Below the pieces are notes generated by a model. The model searched no databases and was not told the DNA's origin. It worked only from the letters and a program-made list of their open reading frames with translations. Of a stretch of 32,000 nt of DNA, positions 9,625 through 18,546 are shown piece after piece. The first letter of the stretch is position 1, and each line of letters begins with the position of its first letter. The position numbers and the translations under genes are program-made. The DNA lies in assembly GCF_018336915.1 (NCBI RefSeq), contig NZ_CP064923.1:1110001-1142000 (forward strand). Direction: 5' to 3'. This DNA is from Acaryochloris marina S15 (lineage in GTDB: Bacteria; Cyanobacteriota; Cyanobacteriia; Thermosynechococcales; Thermosynechococcaceae).

Positions 9625-10425
9625 TCACTTGGCATCAGTCTGTTCAGACTCTGATACCTGCATTTTGACAGCTGTCCTCAGAATCTGGCCTGCTAACATT
9701 GCAGCACCAAATCCATTATCAATATTGACCACACCAATTCCAGGGGCACAGGAATTCAGCATGGTCAGTAGGGGGGCAAGGCCATTAAAACTAGCCCCAT
9801 AACCAATGCTAGTGGGAACCGCAATAACAGGACAATCTACTAAACCCGCCACCACACTGGCTAAAGCCCCTTCCATACCTGCCACCACGATCAGGACATC
9901 CATAGATGCGATCGCATCTCGGCAACTCAGCAACCGATGAATCCCAGCCACCCCCACATCCCAAAATCGGGTAACCGCAAATCCCCAAAGAGAGGCGACT
10001 ACAGCCGCTTCTTCGGCAACGGATTGATCAGAGGTTCCTGCGGATACAATCCCAATCCGACCCGGATGTTTCGAGGTTTCTGGTAGTAGGGTTGTGGAAC
10101 AAATTCTGGCTTTATCAAAATACTGCAGCTGGGGCAATGCTGGCTGCAACTGGGCAAAGACCTCAGATTCAATCCGTGTGGCGATTACACAGTCGGCCTG
10201 GGCCTGCATCGTTTTGAAAATTTCGATAATTTGCTCAGGGGTTTTGCCTGGCCCCCAAATCACTTCAGGGAAACCCGTTCGTAGCGTTCGGTGATGATCA
10301 ATTTTGGCAAAATCACCCACGGGTTCGTAGGCCAGGTATTTCAGCTTTTGCAAGGCCAGCTCTGGGCTGACCTCACCTGTTGAAACAGCTGTTAGCAGTT
10401 GAGCAAGGGTATCAGGTTGCGTCAC
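9625..10425 (-). CDS. larB: LarB-type nickel-pincer cofactor biosynthesis protein (PurE-like NaAD carboxylase/hydrolase)
   Basis: N-terminal FAKIDHHRTLRTGFPEVIWGPGKTPEQI. PurE-like core GIVSAGTSDQSVAEEA and VVAGMEGALASVVAG. Confidence 0.8.
   Translation of the reverse strand: MTQPDTLAQLLTAVSTGEVSPELALQKLKYLAYEPVGDFAKIDHHRTLRTGFPEVIWGPGKTPEQIIEIFKTMQAQADCVIATRIESEVFAQLQPALPQLQYFDKARICSTTLLPETSKHPGRIGIVSAGTSDQSVAEEAAVVASLWGFAVTRFWDVGVAGIHRLLSCRDAIASMDVLIVVAGMEGALASVVAGLVDCPVIAVPTSIGYGASFNGLAPLLTMLNSCAPGIGVVNIDNGFGAAMLAGQILRTAVKMQVSESEQTDAK
9908..9915. repeat. HIP1 octamer GCGATCGC
   Basis: Exact palindromic octamer. Confidence 0.95.
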
Positions 10426-10465
10426 AAGAGCAGGAAGTAGGTAAGGAATGGAGGAAAAGAATAGA

Positions 10466-11149
10466 CTAACGTCTAAACTTCACCACGGTATATCTTAAGC
10501 AACTCCTGAACCCGTTTCTATACCCTGTGCGAAAAGCTTGAGCCCGCTGAGCCCGAGTCCCATGGGTATTGGGATTAAATTGGGTATGGCCACTGGAGTA
10601 GGACTGATAATATCCTTCCTCGGCATCGTTGGCATCGAGCAAGCCTTTGCGACTGGCATATTGAGCATAGACCCCTGCAAAGCAGTCTGCCTGAAGCTCC
10701 TCTTGATATAGGTAGCGATTGAGCCGACTCAGGCCTAGTTGACGCTGAACCGCATGACCATATTCATGGGCCATGATCGTAATGGCAGCAAAATCTCCCC
10801 AGCGCTTGTCAGCACGTACGAGAAACGGAATGTTGAGATAAATGCCATGATCTCGGGGACAGTAGAGGGCATTAAAGGGGCCAGAGACCCCACAGGCCGT
10901 TCGTACCGCTCGGTAGTAGGTGTAAGATTTGGGACGATACCATTTGCGACCCATTTGCCGAAACGCTTCTTTCCAGAAAGCATTAATATCTGAATTCGCA
11001 AAATTGACTTTCTGACGTAGGGTTTGGCTAGTAGCGGGCTTAGACGCCATCAACCCTAGTCCCATTGCTAAACTGAGTGAAAGTAGGAATGAAGGAACAA
11101 ACCTACGTCGATTGAAGAACCAACGGTCCTTGAGGAGGCTGGGAAGCAT
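10466..11149 (-). CDS. Secreted neutral zinc metallopeptidase (YpfJ-like family)
   Basis: HExxH site MAHEYGHAVQ. Twin-arginine-like leader NRRRFVPSFLLSLSLAMGLGLMA suggests export. Confidence 0.7.
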   Translation of the reverse strand: MLPSLLKDRWFFNRRRFVPSFLLSLSLAMGLGLMASKPATSQTLRQKVNFANSDINAFWKEAFRQMGRKWYRPKSYTYYRAVRTACGVSGPFNALYCPRDHGIYLNIPFLVRADKRWGDFAAITIMAHEYGHAVQRQLGLSRLNRYLYQEELQADCFAGVYAQYASRKGLLDANDAEEGYYQSYSSGHTQFNPNTHGTRAQRAQAFRTGYRNGFRSCLRYTVVKFRR

Positions 11150-11260
11150 AGGACTAGTGAGAGATTCAGAGGATATTAGTTAACAGTGTAGACGGTATTT
11201 TTATTCAGAAAGTTCACCTGCTTTGCTTTGAGTTTTTGGATCAAAAGTAGGAATTTATCC

Positions 11261-11307
11261 ACAAAAAAAGTAGAGAACACCCAATAAGAACAGGCATTCT
11301 CTACTTT
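11261..11307 (-). terminator. Rho-independent terminator candidate downstream of pntB
   Basis: On the minus strand, 24 nt after the TAA: AAAGTAGAGAA, a 19-nt loop, TTCTCTACTTT (11-bp perfect complement), then TTTTGTGG. The stem is AT-rich and the loop is large. Confidence 0.5.
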
Positions 11308-11331
11308 ACGCAGAATAATGAGTCAGAGCAA

Positions 11332-12759
11332 TTATGCGGCGACAGCTGTCTTAGTCTTTGCAGCTGCGAGCTGCCCTAAGATGGCATCGACGTTTTGACG
11401 AGCATCTCCAAACAACATTTCGGTGTTGTCATTGTAGAACAAGGGATTATCGACCCCTGCATAACCACTGGACATGCCCCGCTTCATCACCACGACGTTC
11501 TCGGCATTCCAGACTTCTAGCACTGGCATGCCTGCAATGGGACTCTCAGGATCACTGAGAGCGCTGGGATTCACCGTATCGTTAGCACCAATCACCAGCA
11601 CGAGATCCGTTTCGGCAAAGTCATCATTGATTTCGTCCATTTCCAGAACGATATCGTAGGGAACGTTGGCTTCTGCCAATAGGACATTCATATGTCCAGG
11701 TAACCGACCTGCAACAGGATGAATACCAAATCGGACATTCGTACCCCGATCTCGCAGGATCTTAGTGATTTGGGCAACGGGATGTTGAGCCTGAGCCACG
11801 GCCATGCCATAGCCTGGAGCAATAATCACGTTCTTGGCATTTTTGAGCAATTCTACGGTGTCATCAACAGTGGTTGAGGTCGCTTCACCCACGGGACCAT
11901 CCGCTGACTTGGAGCCGCCGCTTTTAGGAGCTGCACCAAAACCACCCAGAATAACGCTGAAGAATCCTCGGTTCATGGCTTTACACATGATGTAGCTGAG
12001 GATGGCACCACTACTGCCCACTAGAGCACCGGTGATAATCAACAGGTCGTTGCCGAGCATAAAGCCAGCGGCAGCAGCAGCCCAGCCAGAATAGCTATTG
12101 AGCATAGAGATAACCACAGGCATGTCGGCACCACCAATGGCAGCAACCAAATGAATACCCAGTAAACTGGCGATCCCAGTCATGATCAGCAATGGCTGTA
12201 AACCAGCCGTGCCAGGTGCACCCATAAATTGAGCACCCAAAATTACCGATCCCACTAGCATGCCAATGTTGAGAAAATGGCGGGCAGGCAACATCAAAGG
12301 CTTGCTGCCAATAATGGCTCGAAGTTTAGCAAAGGCAACAATCGACCCGGTAAAGGTAATCGCACCAATGAATACTCCTAAATAAATTTCGATGCTGTGG
12401 ATGGCTTCTTCGGATCCGGTTAAACCAGACTCCGGTTGGAGGTAGTTGGCAATACCGACCAGAACAGCAGCCAATCCCACAAAACTATGCAAAATCGCGA
12501 CCAATTCTGGCATGGAGGTCATAGCCACCCGAGAAGCCACAATAGCTCCAATAATGGCACCGGGAACAATCACTGCCGCTAAAGTGGCGTAGTTAGTGAC
12601 TTCGGCTCCAAGGGCCGTAGCTCCGAGGGCAATTACCATGCCCAAAATGCCGTAAATGTTTCCTTTGCGTGCGGTTTCCTGATTCGACAGGCCTGCCAAG
12701 CTAAGGATGAATAATGCACTTGCCGCGATGTAAGCCACGGTGACAAGGCTATTGGTCAT
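11332..12759 (-). CDS. pntB: NAD(P) transhydrogenase subunit beta
   Basis: Polytopic N-terminal half plus C-terminal NADP(H)-binding domain dIII ([44 protein letters not shown]). Confidence 0.93.
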   Translation of the reverse strand: MTNSLVTVAYIAASALFILSLAGLSNQETARKGNIYGILGMVIALGATALGAEVTNYATLAAVIVPGAIIGAIVASRVAMTSMPELVAILHSFVGLAAVLVGIANYLQPESGLTGSEEAIHSIEIYLGVFIGAITFTGSIVAFAKLRAIIGSKPLMLPARHFLNIGMLVGSVILGAQFMGAPGTAGLQPLLIMTGIASLLGIHLVAAIGGADMPVVISMLNSYSGWAAAAAGFMLGNDLLIITGALVGSSGAILSYIMCKAMNRGFFSVILGGFGAAPKSGGSKSADGPVGEATSTTVDDTVELLKNAKNVIIAPGYGMAVAQAQHPVAQITKILRDRGTNVRFGIHPVAGRLPGHMNVLLAEANVPYDIVLEMDEINDDFAETDLVLVIGANDTVNPSALSDPESPIAGMPVLEVWNAENVVVMKRGMSSGYAGVDNPLFYNDNTEMLFGDARQNVDAILGQLAAAKTKTAVAA

Positions 12760-12765
12760 AGTTGA

Positions 12766-12770
12766 CTCCT
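12766..12770 (-). promoter_or_regulatory. Shine-Dalgarno-like AGGAG, 6 nt upstream of the pntB ATG
   Basis: Plus-strand CTCCT at 12766-12770, which reads AGGAG on the coding strand. Confidence 0.5.
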
Positions 12771-12841
12771 AAAAAGATGGATCCCTGCAGCCCTATCCAG
12801 TTGAGGACGGCAGGGTATTGATTGACTTAAAAGACAAGAGA

Positions 12842-14455
12842 TTATTTACGGAACATTTGCAGCATGCGCTGGGAAACAAGGAAGCCCCCGGCGATGTTGA
12901 TGGTGCCAACTAGGATTGCGATCGCACCCAGTATCGTCGTCGGTGATCCCAAAGGACCTGAGATTTGCAACATACCGCCCAGAATGATGATGCCGCTAAT
13001 AGCATTGGTGACACTCATCAAAGGGGTATGCAAGGCGGGAGCCACATTCCAAATCACCTGCCAACCCACAAAGCAAGCCAATACAAAGACCGTAAAGTGA
13101 GTCAAAAAGGAAGGAGGAGCCGTGAAACCAATTCCGAACAAAGCCGCACCTACCGCAATTAACGGTAACCACTGACCAATAACGGATTTCTCCTTTACTT
13201 CAGGCTCAGTAGGCATTGCAGGCTGCTTAGTCTCAGCTGCAGGCTTGGGAGAAGGCTGGCTGACTTGGGGAGGAGGCCAAGTAATTTTGCCCTCTTGCAA
13301 GACTGTAGCGCCCCGCACCACTTCATCTTCAAAGTCAATTTTGTAGTCTTCTGCACCGCCCATATCCTTGAGCAGATGGCAAAGGTTGTTGCCATAGAGC
13401 TGACTGGATTGGTTAGCCATGCGGCTGGGTAAGTCCGTCAAGCCAACAATCGTAACGCCATGATGTTGATAAACTTCATTCGGTCGGGTCACTTCGCAGT
13501 TACCGCCCTGCTCTGCTGCCATATCGACAACCACAGAGCCTTCCTTCATGCTCTCCACCATATCCTTGGTGATTAGCAAGGGGGCTTTTTTGCCTGGGAT
13601 CAACGCGGTGGTGATAATAATATCGACCTCTTGGGCCTGCTCAGAAAACAGAGCCATTTCAGCTGCAATAAACTCAGGACTCATGGTTTTGGCATAGCCA
13701 CCAGCTCCGGCCCCATCTTCTTCGAATTCCAGCTCTAGGAATTCAGCACCCATGCTTTGCACCTGCTCTTTCACGACAGGGCGAGTATCAAAAGCTCGAA
13801 CAATAGCACCTAAACCGCGAGCTGCACCAATGGCAGCAAGGCCAGCAACACCAGCTCCAATCACCATGACTTTCGCTGGAGGAACTTTACCGGCAGCAGT
13901 GATTTGTCCGGTAAAGAAGCGACCAAAGTTGTTAGCCGATTCCACCACGGCTCGATAGCCCGCAATATTGGCCATGGAGCTGAGGGCATCCATTTTCTGG
14001 GCGCGGCTAATCCGAGGGATCGCATCCATCGCTAAGACATTTGCCTTTCGCTCAGCCAACTGCTTCAACAAGTCTTCGTTTTGAGCAGGCCAAATAAAAC
14101 TGATTAAGGTTTTGCCTTCATGGAGTAGTTCTGATTCATGGCAGTTGAGAGTGGGGTGCATCTGCGGTGCCCGCACCTTGAGAATGATATCGGCTGTTTC
14201 CCACAGTTGAGCTGCATCTGCTATGACTTGGCAGCCAGCCTTTTCATAAACCTGATCGGAAAATGTGGCATCAGCGCCTGCTTTAGATTCAATTAAGACC
14301 TCAAACCCCATTTTTTGTAGAGTTTTGGCAGTATCAGGGGTCGCTGCTACTCGGCGCTCGCCTGAAAAGACTTCTTTCGGGATGCCGATTTTTAGGCCTG
14401 TTTTTGGTTCTTGGGTATTATCAGCGTTCGCTAATTTCTTGTCGGCAACAGTCAT
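12842..14455 (-). CDS. pntA: NAD(P) transhydrogenase subunit alpha (dI domain fused to its membrane segment)
   Basis: Alanine-dehydrogenase-like dI domain ([29 protein letters not shown]). A P/E-rich linker is followed by 4 C-terminal TM helices. pntB lies 82 bp downstream on the same strand. Confidence 0.93.
   Translation of the reverse strand: MTVADKKLANADNTQEPKTGLKIGIPKEVFSGERRVAATPDTAKTLQKMGFEVLIESKAGADATFSDQVYEKAGCQVIADAAQLWETADIILKVRAPQMHPTLNCHESELLHEGKTLISFIWPAQNEDLLKQLAERKANVLAMDAIPRISRAQKMDALSSMANIAGYRAVVESANNFGRFFTGQITAAGKVPPAKVMVIGAGVAGLAAIGAARGLGAIVRAFDTRPVVKEQVQSMGAEFLELEFEEDGAGAGGYAKTMSPEFIAAEMALFSEQAQEVDIIITTALIPGKKAPLLITKDMVESMKEGSVVVDMAAEQGGNCEVTRPNEVYQHHGVTIVGLTDLPSRMANQSSQLYGNNLCHLLKDMGGAEDYKIDFEDEVVRGATVLQEGKITWPPPQVSQPSPKPAAETKQPAMPTEPEVKEKSVIGQWLPLIAVGAALFGIGFTAPPSFLTHFTVFVLACFVGWQVIWNVAPALHTPLMSVTNAISGIIILGGMLQISGPLGSPTTILGAIAILVGTINIAGGFLVSQRMLQMFRK
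12918..12925. repeat. HIP1 octamer GCGATCGC
   Basis: Exact palindromic octamer. Confidence 0.95.
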
Positions 14456-14460
14456 GAATG

Positions 14461-14466
14461 CTCCTT
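14461..14466 (-). promoter_or_regulatory. Shine-Dalgarno AAGGAG, 5 nt upstream of the pntA ATG
   Basis: Plus-strand CTCCTT at 14461-14466, which reads AAGGAG on the coding strand. Confidence 0.55.
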
Positions 14467-15251
14467 GCGGTGGTAAGTCTTCAACGGAAACTAGAAATTA
14501 AGGTGTTCCTGACCTCCTTAAAAAACAGAGGCGAGGGATATGAAGTTTTCAAAGCTTGAGGAGAAATTCAACGGCTCACGGAGATGATCAATGCCCTCCA
14601 ATAATTATCCTGAGAGCGGTTTAGCTACATCGCCACAGCAAAAAACTGCAGCTACGAGAGTGATCGAAATATGAAACGAGAGTGAGGCGTGAACAATGAA
14701 TTTTGGAAATTGTGCCAAGGAATTGAAGCGTAATCAGCGCAAAGCTCTACTAAATGGACCTAACACTAACAATTGGATGGGTTCACCTATAAGAGGACAT
14801 ACTAATCTGATCGGATCCTAAGCTTGATCCCCAAAATTGGGCGACATTCTTTAACTTGTCTTATAAATTCTTTGTTCTGCTTTGTAGATTGTTGTGTAAA
14901 TGGTAGTTGACACTTTTATGCCAATTTCCTCAACTGGCCCATGCTGCCAGTTCAAGCTAAATGCCCATCATTTAACAGTTCTAGCGCTAGGAATGGGTTC
15001 AAGTAATGAATCAGTTACTGTCTGGGATCAAATTCAGTCCGAACAAAAATTGCGGAATAGGCTTGTTGAGACAAATATTGTAGCGAGTTATTTCTTGAGG
15101 CGATGGTGAACGACCTTCATGGTTGATCCGTTAACCCTACGTTATGACCTGGACAAAAAATTTCCAGAATAACCTCTTGCCATGATGAGGAAACCTTTAC
15201 ATCCAAAAATATCTGCAGCCATTTTGAAGAAGAAAGAGGCTACAGACATAA

Positions 15252-15303
15252 TTCCTTGCTGACTCAGGTTTTAATCTTTATCAAGACCTGAGTCAGCAAG
15301 GAA
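15252..15303 (-). terminator. 18-bp perfect inverted repeat: likely terminator of the pentapeptide-repeat gene, possibly bidirectional
   Basis: TTCCTTGCTGACTCAGGT (15252-15269), a 16-nt loop, then ACCTGAGTCAGCAAGGAA (15286-15303). It begins 19 nt after the minus-strand stop at 15323. Flanks on both sides are only moderately T-rich. Confidence 0.6.
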
Positions 15304-15322
15304 TAGACATTCTCTACTTCCG

Positions 15323-15817
15323 TTAGGGACAACCCAAAGAATCGCGAGTATCAATACCTGTAACAGGATTAACGCCACTAGCAGTCTCGCAGAGGATCTT
15401 GACTTGGTCCTTATCAACGATGGCAAAACTAAAGTCAGCACCGGTGACGGTGGCATCGCGAAGACTAGACTGCAATAGCATGGCTTCCGTCAAGATAGCT
15501 CCGCTAAGATCAGCTTCTGCAAAACTGCTCAGATAGGCCATACCACCCGTCATATCAGCGTTCTTTAGATTGGCACCCGTCAAGTCAACCCCATTGAAAA
15601 CGACAGCTGTGAGGTCGGTCTCGCTAAAATTAGCACCCGCCAATTGATTATTACTGAATTCAGCCTCTCGTAAGTCTTGCCCCGAAAAATCTTGCGTGAC
15701 AATGTCTGCATCATCAATCGCACGAGTGGCTGCAGAACTGGCGGCATGAGCAGGTAAAGGCAGTAATAAAAACAATGCTAAAAGCGTACATAAAATGGCG
15801 GTGCGAATCCGGAACAT
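15323..15817 (-). CDS. Pentapeptide-repeat protein with cleavable signal peptide (lumenal/periplasmic)
   Basis: Leader [19 protein letters not shown]. Tandem A(D/N)LxG-type pentapeptides follow ([33 protein letters not shown]...). Confidence 0.85.
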   Translation of the reverse strand: MFRIRTAILCTLLALFLLLPLPAHAASSAATRAIDDADIVTQDFSGQDLREAEFSNNQLAGANFSETDLTAVVFNGVDLTGANLKNADMTGGMAYLSSFAEADLSGAILTEAMLLQSSLRDATVTGADFSFAIVDKDQVKILCETASGVNPVTGIDTRDSLGCP

Positions 15818-16008
15818 ATCTTCTCAGTTTCTAAATAAAATTTCTAGAGTAAAGCGAGAGCCAAGAGCCCCTTTGACAAAACTTAATACAAATTGGTCCC
15901 TTTGGCACGCACTCATGAGAAATCTGGGTCTTAATACCATGCAGTACGAAGGGAACTTTAAATTTGGATTAGGATTTCAACGCGTGATCATCGTTAAGTA
16001 GCCGTCTC

Positions 16009-16569
16009 TCAACTCGCTGGTTCGTAAAGGATGGTGTAGAACAACAACACTAGACCATTGCTATAGATATTGTGATCCGAGAGTTGCAGACGAGTGGTAG
16101 GGACAGGGTTTTGTCCCCCTGCAAATAAAGGAATTCCGGTGCCAAACAGTACCGGATTAACTTTGAGAATAATTTCATCGATTTGCTTGGCTGCTAAAAG
16201 CGTTGTTGCCAACTCTCCACCCCCACAGAGATAGATGTCTTGACCGGATTCGGCTTTAAGATTACGAACTAAGTCATTCAGTTCATCAGCGACAACGGTC
16301 ACGGCTTCGTCGGGACTCGTTTGTAACGTTCGAGAAATCACAAACTGCTGCATGTGCGGGTAGGGATTGGTTACTCCCTCTTTGACCCCCACGTCATAAG
16401 TTTTTCGTCCCATCAACACGGCATCAAACTGCTGTAAGGCCGTTAAATAATCTGAGACATGGTCTCCTTCCATCAAAAAGCCATCAAAGGAGCCATCTTC
16501 ATGGGCAATAAAGCCGTCAATCGTGGATGCAATATAGTACTTCAGTTTCCGCATAAGTGACCTCGTCAT
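16009..16569 (-). CDS. Dihydrofolate-reductase-family protein (RibD C-terminal-domain type)
   Basis: KLKYYIASTIDGFIA, LMGRKTYD and IYLCGGGELATTLL are typical of the RibD_C/DHFR-like family. An alternative ATG is at 16554. Confidence 0.75.
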   Translation of the reverse strand: MTRSLMRKLKYYIASTIDGFIAHEDGSFDGFLMEGDHVSDYLTALQQFDAVLMGRKTYDVGVKEGVTNPYPHMQQFVISRTLQTSPDEAVTVVADELNDLVRNLKAESGQDIYLCGGGELATTLLAAKQIDEIILKVNPVLFGTGIPLFAGGQNPVPTTRLQLSDHNIYSNGLVLLFYTILYEPAS

Positions 16570-16700
16570 ACCCTAGTGCTCTGAATCTAGACACTGATAA
16601 GGCTAAACGGCAAGTCCATGCAGCAAAACATGATAATCAGCACCAAAACAATAGAGATCCCTTTCTGAAAACTGGCATTGCTATTGAGGAACCACTAGGT

Positions 16701-18314
16701 TTATGAAGATTTCAGTGCTGTTGGCTTAACAACAGATGTCTGGTATTTCAGCTTCAGTAAGCATCCCACCCCAAATCCAATCACTAAACCAGAAGCATGG
16801 CCGATAAAACTCACTTGAGGGGTTATTGCATCAAAGATCATTTGTATCACTACAAATAGACCAATCAACCTTAAGCGAGTCGCTGCCACTTTAGAAGATT
16901 GTTGTCGGATGATGCGCATCTGAATCGCAGCTTCAGTCCCAATTAATCCCATAATTGCTCCAGATGCCCCCACTGCTGCCGGGGTGACAAAAATACCAGT
17001 AACCGTCAATAGAGTTAATGCCAGCATTGAGCCAATGGCTGTAATCAAATATGAGACTAAAAAGCGCCACGTTCCCAACATTTTCTCCACAAACGGACCC
17101 AACAGCGCTAACCCAAACATATTGAGGCTCAGATGTTCAATGCCAAAGTGCAGAAAAGCTGCCGCCAAAAGTCGCCACCAGTCCCCTGCGACCACTTCTG
17201 TCGGGATAAGTGCCCCTAAGGTATACAAAGCAACGGTATCTGTACCAAAATTGAGACCATTTGCACTACTTCCTACAACGATCTCGGCCATAAAAAAGGC
17301 GAGATTAATGGTAATCAAACCTTGAGTGATCGGCGATCGCCAGAACTGGATTTTTTGTCGTTCCCGATCTGGTAATTCTACGAATAAGGCATCTCCCCAC
17401 GCCTTTAACTGATGGCGTGAATGATCATCTAAGTCATGATCAACGTTGGCCTGGGGACTACGCTTGAGTAACGTGTTGGCATATAGACAATTGCCACTGG
17501 CAATGAGTTGATCGAACTCTGGTTTAGCAACCTCTGGTTCACCGGCTGCCATTACTGCGGTTGCCGACCAAAATTGTTGTGCAGAGTTCGCGATGTTAGC
17601 CAGGGGACCCTTGAACAAACGCGCCACCAGCTCTGGCTGCCCACAAAAGGCAAACACAATCAGGCGACTGAAATCCCAGTAATATTTGCTGGCAGCATTA
17701 GCAAGTTGAGGCTGAAACCGCTCTAGCTCTAGGATCATCTCATTGAGGCGCTTCGTTTCTCCTAGGGCCATCAGGTAGGTCGCCATCAGGGAAGTGCTGC
17801 TCATGACCGTAGCTTTGGGAGTCTCCTGGGTCATCCAGTCCAGGATTTCTTGCCAATCTCCATGAAAGCGAGAAATTTGGCAGCGAGCAACCATACTCAT
17901 CAGTGACTTGGATTGGCTGAACGGGAGCAGTTTGGCTTCAGCCTCAGGGAGTTGACCTGCTTGAGCGAGCTCCATGGCATAGAGATAGCGGGGCCATTGC
18001 CAAAAACTATCCATAGGATGCAACAGTCGGAGGACTTGAGCCCATCGACGTGCGGATCGAAATCGATGCTGCCAGGTGAGTTGATTGATCCGGACTGATC
18101 CTCGTTGAGGGATCAATATCATGAGGAACCAGATGGCACCACTGATGAACCCAACATAATTCGGTAAGACTTGCTGTAGTAAGACCGTTAATCCCAGGAG
18201 AAATATAGCGACCAGGAGCCAACCTCTAGCAGCCTTACCTCGTTTAAAGCCAACAATTAATAAGCTAATGCAGGATACATAAACCATCCACAGCAACAGT
18301 TGATTGAAGTCCAT
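16701..18314 (-). CDS. Rhomboid-family intramembrane serine protease with a long N-terminal extension
   Basis: Rhomboid core motifs WWRLLAAAFLHFGIEHLSLNM, catalytic GASGAIMG and GHASGLVIG in the C-terminal ~200 aa. These are preceded by 3 hydrophobic helices and a ~230-aa helical soluble region. Confidence 0.85.
   Translation of the reverse strand: MDFNQLLLWMVYVSCISLLIVGFKRGKAARGWLLVAIFLLGLTVLLQQVLPNYVGFISGAIWFLMILIPQRGSVRINQLTWQHRFRSARRWAQVLRLLHPMDSFWQWPRYLYAMELAQAGQLPEAEAKLLPFSQSKSLMSMVARCQISRFHGDWQEILDWMTQETPKATVMSSTSLMATYLMALGETKRLNEMILELERFQPQLANAASKYYWDFSRLIVFAFCGQPELVARLFKGPLANIANSAQQFWSATAVMAAGEPEVAKPEFDQLIASGNCLYANTLLKRSPQANVDHDLDDHSRHQLKAWGDALFVELPDRERQKIQFWRSPITQGLITINLAFFMAEIVVGSSANGLNFGTDTVALYTLGALIPTEVVAGDWWRLLAAAFLHFGIEHLSLNMFGLALLGPFVEKMLGTWRFLVSYLITAIGSMLALTLLTVTGIFVTPAAVGASGAIMGLIGTEAAIQMRIIRQQSSKVAATRLRLIGLFVVIQMIFDAITPQVSFIGHASGLVIGFGVGCLLKLKYQTSVVKPTALKSS
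17333..17340. repeat. HIP1 octamer GCGATCGC
   Basis: Exact palindromic octamer. Confidence 0.95.
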
Positions 18315-18546
18315 TACTGCTCCTCAGGCCCTGGGTTAATGGTCATGTATGGCTCTTAGCGAAACAACCTGATGTTCTTGTCATGATAATTCCCTTTGGG
18401 ATGAGGTGGTCTGACGAGTCTGGCGAAAGTGTGATGGCCATTATGTGCTGTCAGGGCATAGACCAAGACCTCAGATTTTTCCCTTCAACCACAGGGGTAG
18501 GAGGTGAGCGATACTAAGATCTGAGGAATATGCGGCTTATCCTCTG

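Noticed and set aside
12783-12815. Inverted repeat CCCTGC...GCAGGG in the 82-bp pntA-pntB spacer
   Set aside because: Only a 6-bp stem with a 21-nt loop, which is too weak to claim an intercistronic regulatory structure.
12842-14455. Single-chain PntA (dI domain plus membrane segment) considered as an unusual fusion
   Set aside because: A ~510-540 aa alpha subunit containing both parts is the standard arrangement in E. coli and in cyanobacteria such as Synechocystis. It is not unusual.
14808-14830. Adjacent BamHI (GGATCC, 14813-14818) and HindIII (AAGCTT, 14820-14825) sites, resembling a polylinker or cloning scar
   Set aside because: Two 6-mers side by side is plausible by chance. No vector-like flanking sequence is present, and the surrounding DNA is continuous with native-looking intergenic sequence.
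14900-15109. 69-aa ORF containing ...SSNESVTVWD, reminiscent of a WD40 repeat end, so possibly a WD40 pseudogene relic
   Set aside because: The spacing between the His and the WD dipeptide is too short for a WD40 unit. Only one such unit exists and no further repeat follows. This is not enough to call a gene or pseudogene.
15182-15262. 26-aa plus-strand mini-ORF (MMRKPLHPKISAAILKKKEATDIIPC) ending inside the big hairpin
   Set aside because: It has no Shine-Dalgarno sequence and is too short to evaluate without conservation or ribosome-profiling data. It is mentioned only as context for the hairpin.
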